This document shows, one piece after another, positions 57,351-63,409 of a DNA stretch of 63,409 nt (position 1 is its first letter; the number at the start of each line of letters is the position of its first letter). The notes beneath the pieces were generated by a model that saw only the letters and a list, made by a program, of their open reading frames with translations, ran no database searches and was not told where the DNA came from. The translations under genes and the position numbers were made by a program. This DNA comes from Actinomycetota bacterium (lineage in GTDB: Bacteria; Actinomycetota; UBA4738; HRBIN12): the NCBI GenBank assembly GCA_029858935.1, contig JAOUEA010000001.1, positions 1-63,409 of the forward strand, written 5' to 3'.

Positions 57351-57916
57351 CTCGTCTCCTTCCGCATCATCTCGAGCAGTGTGTGCAACATCCACCCGGT
57401 CGCGCCCCATACCGTGTGTCCGTCGAGCTCGTACGCGAAGCCCTGCCAGACCCCGCCGTCCGGACGGTCATACGTCACGGCCCGTTCGACGGCGCCGAGC
57501 TGTTCGACGCCGAACGTCAGCACCTCGTCGATCTCGCGCTCGTTCACGCTGAACGCTGGCTCGCGCTCGAGCGTTCCAACGAAGGGAACGACGAGGATGC
57601 CGCTCACGAATGTGTGCACCGGTGGCAGCGCGCCGAGCACGCGCGGGAGCGACGGGTCGAGACCGATCTCCTCATGGGCCTCGCGGAGCGCGGTGCCCTC
57701 GAGCGACTCCCCGGGATCCTGCAGGCCGCCTGGGAACGAGATCTCGCCTGCGTGGCGTGAGAGAGCGGCCCCGCGCACCGTGAACACCAGCGTCGGCTCG
57801 GGCTCGAGCACGATGGGCGCGAGCACGGCGGCAAGCCGATCGTCCGGGCCGGGTGAAGGCCTCGGATCGGATTCGAGTCGGGCGGCCAGCGATGCGATGG
57901 CATCGGCGTGTAGCAT
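57335..57916 (-). CDS. NUDIX hydrolase, CoA pyrophosphatase subfamily
   Basis: Nudix box GGLQDPGESLEGTALREAHEEIGL, preceded by the CoA-pyrophosphatase signature LVFTVRGAALSRHAGEISFPGG. Confidence 0.8.
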   Translation of the reverse strand: MLHADAIASLAARLESDPRPSPGPDDRLAAVLAPIVLEPEPTLVFTVRGAALSRHAGEISFPGGLQDPGESLEGTALREAHEEIGLDPSLPRVLGALPPVHTFVSGILVVPFVGTLEREPAFSVNEREIDEVLTFGVEQLGAVERAVTYDRPDGGVWQGFAYELDGHTVWGATGWMLHTLLEMMRKETRWPVT

Positions 57917-57924
57917 CGCGCGCC

Positions 57925-59115
57925 ATGGTAGATGAGGCCACGCTCGCCGCCGCCTCGGCAGCGGTCGACGCCGACGAAGTCGTCGCCTTCGCCCGGGCCC
58001 TGATCGCGGCGAAGAGCGAGAATCCAGGAGGCACCGAGGACGAGGCGGCGTCGGTGGCCAGCGGGATCCTCTCGGGCCTCGGCGCGGTTCCAGAGATCGT
58101 GCGCTCCGAAGCCGGCCGGCCGAGCGTCGTGGCCTCGATCGGTACCGACGCCGGACCGAGCCTCGCGTGGAACGGTCACCTCGACGTCGTCCCCGCCGGC
58201 TCACTCGACACGTGGGGTCACGACCCCTGGGCGGGCGACATCGACGCCGAGGGCCGGCTCGTCGGTCGGGGGGCCGCGGACATGAAGGGCCCGATCGCGG
58301 CCGCGCTCGCAGCGACCGCCGCGCTACGCCGCGCACGCACCACGATGACGGGCAGCCTCGTGTTTCACCTGGCAGCCGACGAGGAGCTCGCGGGGGTTCA
58401 CGGCACCAAGGTGCTCTGGGAACGCGGGCTGCTCACGCAAGATGCCGTGATCGTGGGCGAGCCCAGCGAGATGCAGGTCGGGCTCGCCGAGCGTGGCGGT
58501 GCGTGGTTCACGGCCACGGCCTTCGGATCGGCCGCCCACGGCTCGCAGCCCCACCGAGGCGTGAACGCGATCACGTCGATGGCGCGATTCCTGATACGCC
58601 TTCCCGAGGTACTGCCGGAGCGTGAGCATCCGCTCGTCGGCAGGCCGACGGTCAACGCCGCCCTGATCTCGGGCGGCAGTGCTCCCAATGTCGTCCCCGA
58701 CCGATGCGAGGTGGACATCGACCGGCGCATCGTGCCGGGAGAGACCGACCCGGAGGAGGTGCGGGCGCCGTTCCTCGCGCTCGTGGAATCGCTCCGCGCA
58801 CGCCACCCCGAGGTCGAGATCGACGTCGAATTGCGGGAGTGGACCGAGGCCGCCGAAGCGCCGGCCGACACCGAGATCGTCCGCATCGCGGTCGCCTCGG
58901 TCGCCGCGGCCACCGGGATGGCTCCTGGTCTGGTGGGGTTCACGGGCATCACCGATGCCAGGTTCTACATCAACCAGGCCGGCATCCCAGCGGTGATCTG
59001 CGGACCCGGATCGCTCCGGGTCGCACACACCGCCGACGAGTCCGTGCCCGTCGACGAACTCGTCGCAGGCGCCAGGGCCTACGCGCGCATGTTCGCGGCC
59101 TTCCTCTCGACCTGA
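57925..59115 (+). CDS. M20-family metallopeptidase (ArgE/DapE-like deacylase)
   Basis: GHLDVVP and GRGAADMKG motifs. Start at the internal ATG (MVDEATL..). Confidence 0.8.
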   Translation: MVDEATLAAASAAVDADEVVAFARALIAAKSENPGGTEDEAASVASGILSGLGAVPEIVRSEAGRPSVVASIGTDAGPSLAWNGHLDVVPAGSLDTWGHDPWAGDIDAEGRLVGRGAADMKGPIAAALAATAALRRARTTMTGSLVFHLAADEELAGVHGTKVLWERGLLTQDAVIVGEPSEMQVGLAERGGAWFTATAFGSAAHGSQPHRGVNAITSMARFLIRLPEVLPEREHPLVGRPTVNAALISGGSAPNVVPDRCEVDIDRRIVPGETDPEEVRAPFLALVESLRARHPEVEIDVELREWTEAAEAPADTEIVRIAVASVAAATGMAPGLVGFTGITDARFYINQAGIPAVICGPGSLRVAHTADESVPVDELVAGARAYARMFAAFLST

Positions 59116-59162
59116 GCCCGCCGACGCTTCGCATTGTCGACACGCAGACGTATCCTTGAGGC

Positions 59163-59516
59163 ATGACTGATGCGATCGCCACATCCCCGCTCATCACGGT
59201 CACGGAAGCGGCCGCACGGAAGGCTCGCTCCCTGGCCGAGCGCGACGGACGACCCGAGGCCGCGCTGCGGGTGCGTGTGACCGCGGGCGGATGCTCAGGC
59301 TTCGGCTACCAGCTGACGCTCGAGGACGCCCCGGTCGAGGGCGACCAGGTCGTGGTCGGGCCGGGAGGGTTCCGGGTGCTCATCGACGCCGCGAGCGCCC
59401 CGATCGTGTCGGGTTCCACGCTCGAGTTCAACGACTCGTTGATGGACGGTGGGCTCAGGATGGTGAATCCCCAGGCCAAGCACGAATGCGCCTGCGGCGA
59501 CTCGTTCAGCCTCTGA
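59163..59516 (+). CDS. HesB/IscA/ErpA-type Fe-S cluster insertion protein
   Basis: ..GGCSGFGY.. and a C-terminal CACGDSF. Confidence 0.88.
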   Translation: MTDAIATSPLITVTEAAARKARSLAERDGRPEAALRVRVTAGGCSGFGYQLTLEDAPVEGDQVVVGPGGFRVLIDAASAPIVSGSTLEFNDSLMDGGLRMVNPQAKHECACGDSFSL

Positions 59517-59525
59517 GCAAACCGG

Positions 59526-59912
59526 TCACGCCACCTGGAGCGTGCCCGTCATCGACGGGTGGATCTCGCAGTGGAAGCCCACCGACTCCGTCAGGTCGAC
59601 CGTGACGGTGACGTTCGAGCCGGCCGATACGGTTTCATCGACGCTGCCGTCGTCGAGCGTGAACGTGTGGTCCACGCTGTCGGCATTGGTGATCGCGATG
59701 TCGGTCGAACCCGGTGCCACGGTGATCGACGTGGGCTCGAACGTGAGATCCACGATGTTGATCGCAGCCGAGCCCGGGGCGAGGTCGCCCGCCTCCGCGA
59801 CCGGGGTGGAGCTCTGATCGCCGCCGGAGTCGCTCGAGCACGCGCCCAGCACGAGGGTCAGTGCCACGATCACACCCAGCCCGGCGTTCGCTCGCATCGG
59901 TGGCAACGTCAT
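59526..59912 (-). CDS. cupredoxin-domain lipoprotein (amicyanin/plastocyanin-like)
   Basis: Lipobox-like LVLGAC, Cu ligands DHTF and HCEIHPSM. ATG 59912 is preceded by GAAAGGGGA. Confidence 0.7.
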   Translation of the reverse strand: MTLPPMRANAGLGVIVALTLVLGACSSDSGGDQSSTPVAEAGDLAPGSAAINIVDLTFEPTSITVAPGSTDIAITNADSVDHTFTLDDGSVDETVSAGSNVTVTVDLTESVGFHCEIHPSMTGTLQVA

Positions 59913-60025
59913 CGGTCCCCTTTCGATCTGCCCCGGGGACGCCGGGGTCGTCATGACTGGCCGAGACTATCCCATGGTCGAGCGCAGGCGCGAGGCAACC
60001 TCCGGGCGTCGCGACGGAGTGGGCT

Positions 60026-61168
60026 ATGCTGCCCGGGATGCCGGCGCCGACCGACAAGACCCAGTGGAAGCACCTCTACGACGAGGTCGTCACCACCGGG
60101 CTCTGCACCGGCTGCACGGCGTGCATCGTCGCCTGCCCGTTCCACGTGCTGGGATACGAGAACGATCTGCCCGTGCAGCTGCAGGACGAGGGCGCCGACC
60201 GATGTTCCCACGGTGACAAGGGCTGCACGCTCTGCACGCTCGCCTGTCCCCGCTTCCGGGACTGGGAGTCGGAGATCGACACGACCCTATTCGGCATGGC
60301 CCGCACGCCCGACGAGGTGATTGGCAAGCACCGGGAGATCGTGCTCGCGCGGGCTTCCGATCCCCAGCTGTTGATGAGCGGGCAGGACGGAGGGGTCGTC
60401 TCGGCGCTGCTGATCTGGGGAATGCGCACCGGCCAGATCGACGGCGCCTGCACATCGAAACTCAGTGAAGACCGAGCGTGGGACGCCGAGCCGACCGTGG
60501 TCACCGACGCGCAAGGCGTGCTCGACACGGCCGGCTCACGCTACACCTACTCCGCGAATCCGCTCGCGCTGCTGAAGGCGGCTGAGCTCGGTCTGTCGAA
60601 GGTCGCCCTCGTGGGGATGAGCTGTCAGGCCAGCGTGACCGGCTCGATGGAAGCCCGCCGCGTGAACAAGTGGCGCAGGAAGATCGCCTGGACGCTCGGT
60701 CTGTTGTGCTCGAAGACCTTCACTTACGACGGCCTCATGGTGGAGATCGCCCAGAACGAACTGGGACTCGACCTCGACCATCTCGCCCGCGTGAACGTGA
60801 AGGGAAAGCTGCTCTTCTACACCGACGAGGGTGAAGAACACACATACTCGTTGAAAGCCGCCCACCGTTTCACGAGGCCGGGGTGCCTACGCTGCCCCGA
60901 TTTCGCCGCCGAGCATGCCGACATCTCGTTCGGTGGGCTCGGCCAATCCGACGGCTGGACGCTCACGATCGTCCGCACCGACCGAGGCGTGGAGATCTGG
61001 GAGCGAGCCCTGGCAGACGGTGTCGTCGAAGCACGGCCAGCGTCGGAGGACCCCGACGCCGTCGCACTCATGTTCAGGCTCGCCGCGAAGTCTCGCGCGA
61101 GATGGCCGCAGCAGGGGGAGATCCCCGCCGCCGGAGCCGCACCGGGACTGATCCCCGACACCGCCTGA
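60026..61168 (+). CDS. FrhB/FdhB-family protein (coenzyme F420 hydrogenase/dehydrogenase beta-subunit-like)
   Basis: N-terminal ferredoxin motifs [12 protein letters not shown] and C-x7-CTLCTLACP, followed by an FrhB_N/FrhB_C-like core (..[11 protein letters not shown]..., ..CLRCPDF..). Confidence 0.65.
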   Translation: MLPGMPAPTDKTQWKHLYDEVVTTGLCTGCTACIVACPFHVLGYENDLPVQLQDEGADRCSHGDKGCTLCTLACPRFRDWESEIDTTLFGMARTPDEVIGKHREIVLARASDPQLLMSGQDGGVVSALLIWGMRTGQIDGACTSKLSEDRAWDAEPTVVTDAQGVLDTAGSRYTYSANPLALLKAAELGLSKVALVGMSCQASVTGSMEARRVNKWRRKIAWTLGLLCSKTFTYDGLMVEIAQNELGLDLDHLARVNVKGKLLFYTDEGEEHTYSLKAAHRFTRPGCLRCPDFAAEHADISFGGLGQSDGWTLTIVRTDRGVEIWERALADGVVEARPASEDPDAVALMFRLAAKSRARWPQQGEIPAAGAAPGLIPDTA

Positions 61169-61282
61169 TCGAGCTGTCGTCTACACCTCTGCGCTCCGAC
61201 GCCGATATGTCTAAGGGTGGTCCTCGGGGCCGGTTCGGTCATGCTTGGGTCCCTGAGCGATTCCTTCGTGAGAGGAGGTGGC

Positions 61283-63409
61283 ATGGCCGACACGGCACAG
61301 ACCGAGGCTGGCGACGACGTCCGGCATGCTGTCGTGTTGGAGGCCGTGGCGTTCGCCGCCGAGCGATTGCTCCTCGCGTCGGACTGGCGGGAGGCCGCAG
61401 ACGAGGTGCTCGAGCGCATGGGCAGTGCCGCGAGCGTCTCTCGGGCATACATCCTCGAGAATCTCCTCGACGAGGCAGGCAGCCTGATCGGCACGACGCG
61501 CCATGAGTGGCGCTCAGCGGGCATCGACCCCGGGCCGGCGAGCCGGGCGGACGACACCTCGGATGGTGAGCGGATCGAGCGGTGGGCCGCCCTCCTCGCT
61601 CGGGGAGAACCGGTCGTGAGCCACGTCGCCGATCTCCCCCATGACGAGCGAGGCGGCTTCGAGGCACTCGGCATCATCTCGATCGCGGAATACCCGATCT
61701 TCGTCGGCGACGAATGGTGGGGCTCGATCGGCTTCGACGATCGTGTGCGCGGACGCGGGTGGGGCTCGGAGCTCGATGCCCTCCGGGCCGCGGCGACGGT
61801 GGTCGGCGCCGCCGTGACGCGGCGACGCATCGAGGATGAACGGAGGAAGGCTGAAGAGCGCTGGCTTCAGGTGATCGAGCGCATCCCCGCGGTCACCTAC
61901 AACGACGTGGTCCTGAGCCCCGGCGATGTTCGCATCGGGTTCATGAGCCCGCAGATCCGCACGGTGCTCGGATACGAACCCGAGCGGTTCATCGAAGAGC
62001 CCGCCTTCTGGTTCAGCGTGACCCACCCTGAGGACCTGGCCAGGCTCGAGGCTTCGGGCGTGCTCGAGGCGACGAACATCTCCACGTTCGATGAGGTGTA
62101 CCGCATGCGAGCCGCCGACGGTTCGTACCGATGGATCCACGACACATCGACGCCCGTCCTCACCGACGAGGGGGAACTCGACCACTTCCTGGGGTTCATG
62201 CTCGACGTCACCGAGCGGATGCAGGCCCAAGAACAGGTTCGGCAGGCCGAGGAACGGTATCGGTTCCTGGTGGAACAAACGCCCGCGATCACCTACACGG
62301 AAGCGCTCACCGAGGCCTATGAACACGACGCCGTGATCTCGTTCTTGAGCCCACAGGTCGAGGCGATCCTCGGGTACCCGATCGCAGCCTGGGGAGAGCC
62401 GGGGTTCTGGCTGAAGGTCCTCCATCCCGATGATCGGGACGCGGTGATGGCCGAGAGCATCCGGACGAACGCGACCCGAGAGAAGTATCGCCAGGAGTAC
62501 CGCATGGTCGCGGCCGACGGCCGGGTGGTCTGGTTCCAGGACGAGAGCGTGATCGTGCACGATTCGAGCGGAGCCCCCTTGTACTGGCAGGGGGTGATCG
62601 TCGACATCACCGAGCGCAAGCTCACCGAACAGCAACTGCGTCAGGCCGAGGAGCGGTTCCGGACCCTCGTGGAGCACATCCCGGCAGTCGTGTACGCCGA
62701 GCCGATCGAGTTCGACCCAGGCCTGCTCTACCTCAGTCCCCAGGTCGAGTGGATGCTCGGATGGACCGCCGAAGAGTGGCAGGCCGACCCGGCGTTCTGG
62801 TTCGAGCACCTGCACCCCGACGACCTCGAGCGTGTGCGCGAGCTCAACACCGCAGCGAACACCTCGAAGGACCCGTTCGCATCCGAATACCGCATGCTGC
62901 ACAAGGACGGACACTACGTCTGGATCTACGACGAGGCGGTCGTGGTCACCGACGACACCGGGGCCCCTCTGTTCTGGCAAGGGGTGCTGCTGGACATCAC
63001 TGCGCGGAAGCGAGCCGAGCGCGGCCTCGCCGAAGCGGAGCGCCGGCACCGAGCGGTGATCGAGCACATCCCCGCGGTGGTTTACCGCGAGTCACCCGAG
63101 GGCGACCCCGCGAAGTTCTACATCAGTCCGCAGGTGATCGACATCTTCGGCTACACCCCCGACGAGTGGACGTGGACACCGGATTTCTGGCGCGACGGCA
63201 TCCACCCCGACGATCGACCCCACGTCATCGAGGTGGACGAACGATCGAACGAGTCGAAGGAGGCTTATGCGCTGGACTACCGTTTCCGGCATGCCGACGG
63301 CCATTGGATCTGGGTGCAGGACGAGGCAACGTTCGTGCCGGAAGCCGAGGGTGAAGGGTTCTGGCAGGGCTTCCTGGTCGACATCACCAAGCGCAAGGTG
63401 GCGGAGGAG
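61283..63409 (+). CDS. GAF plus four tandem PAS domains, sensor protein (3' end outside window; not in the supplied ORF track)
   Basis: ATG 61283 follows GAGAGGAGG. By hand translation the frame is open for all 709 codons to the window edge. There is an N-terminal GAF-like segment. A unit then repeats four times: IPAV.Y...SPQ....GY....W..P.FW...HPDD....YR....DG...W......V.D..G.P....G...DIT.RK. Confidence 0.8.
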   Translation, partial: MADTAQTEAGDDVRHAVVLEAVAFAAERLLLASDWREAADEVLERMGSAASVSRAYILENLLDEAGSLIGTTRHEWRSAGIDPGPASRADDTSDGERIERWAALLARGEPVVSHVADLPHDERGGFEALGIISIAEYPIFVGDEWWGSIGFDDRVRGRGWGSELDALRAAATVVGAAVTRRRIEDERRKAEERWLQVIERIPAVTYNDVVLSPGDVRIGFMSPQIRTVLGYEPERFIEEPAFWFSVTHPEDLARLEASGVLEATNISTFDEVYRMRAADGSYRWIHDTSTPVLTDEGELDHFLGFMLDVTERMQAQEQVRQAEERYRFLVEQTPAITYTEALTEAYEHDAVISFLSPQVEAILGYPIAAWGEPGFWLKVLHPDDRDAVMAESIRTNATREKYRQEYRMVAADGRVVWFQDESVIVHDSSGAPLYWQGVIVDITERKLTEQQLRQAEERFRTLVEHIPAVVYAEPIEFDPGLLYLSPQVEWMLGWTAEEWQADPAFWFEHLHPDDLERVRELNTAANTSKDPFASEYRMLHKDGHYVWIYDEAVVVTDDTGAPLFWQGVLLDITARKRAERGLAEAERRHRAVIEHIPAVVYRESPEGDPAKFYISPQVIDIFGYTPDEWTWTPDFWRDGIHPDDRPHVIEVDERSNESKEAYALDYRFRHADGHWIWVQDEATFVPEAEGEGFWQGFLVDITKRKVAEE

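Noticed and set aside
61514-63067. 517-aa minus-strand ORF
   Set aside because: It is antisense to a plus-strand frame that encodes four recognisable PAS domains. It has no motifs and an Arg/Gly/Pro/Val-rich shadow-frame composition typical of high-GC DNA.

Overview
This is a very GC-rich, gene-dense chromosomal window with about 70 protein genes. Many starts are GTG, and many adjacent genes are translationally coupled by 4-nt ATGA/GTGA start/stop overlaps. The gene content looks actinobacterial (inferred from content only): an F420-type LLM oxidoreductase, an FrhB-like protein, a PIG-L/LmbE deacetylase, an Lsr2-like AT-hook protein, and ECF sigma/ZAS anti-sigma pairs. I found no rRNA, tRNA, CRISPR array, transposase, integrase or phage genes, so this reads as core chromosome rather than an island.

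The dominant feature is a 12-gene plus-strand glycerol/dihydroxyacetone supercluster (7728-19988): glpF, dhaK, dhaL, glpK, an acidic repeat miniprotein, a glpA-like gene, an SdhB-like gene, two membrane anchors, a dhaM-HPr-EI fusion, pgsA, an SDR gene and glpX. It diverges from a minus-strand operon of a second dhaL, an iclR-type regulator and an FMN hydroxy-acid oxidase, with an AT-rich palindromic operator candidate between the two.

Other modules:
- Two ECF sigma/anti-sigma pairs bracket NfeD-stomatin and a cupredoxin.
- An orphan pilT.
- An ArsR-type regulator divergent from mrp/apbC.
- A seven-gene coupled operon ending in lgt.
- pepA.
- A TPP riboswitch in front of a thiamine pyrophosphokinase gene.
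- A split hut locus: hutU, an S51 peptidase and hutH on one strand; hutI and a TauE gene on the other.
- A convergent REC-EAL / REC-GGDDF pair.
- A reverse-transsulfuration operon interrupted by a DUF429 gene.
- A CoA-themed NUDIX / CoA-binding / DUF4177 operon. Its last gene is a 55-aa ORF absent from the supplied track.
- A GAF plus four-PAS sensor that runs off the 3' edge and is also absent from the track.

The most novel-looking candidates are (i) a GlpA-type G3P dehydrogenase coupled to complex-II-like Fe-S and anchor subunits instead of GlpB/GlpC, and (ii) an orphan DhaL paralogue translationally coupled to the IclR regulator. All functional calls rest on motif recognition by eye. No database search was run.
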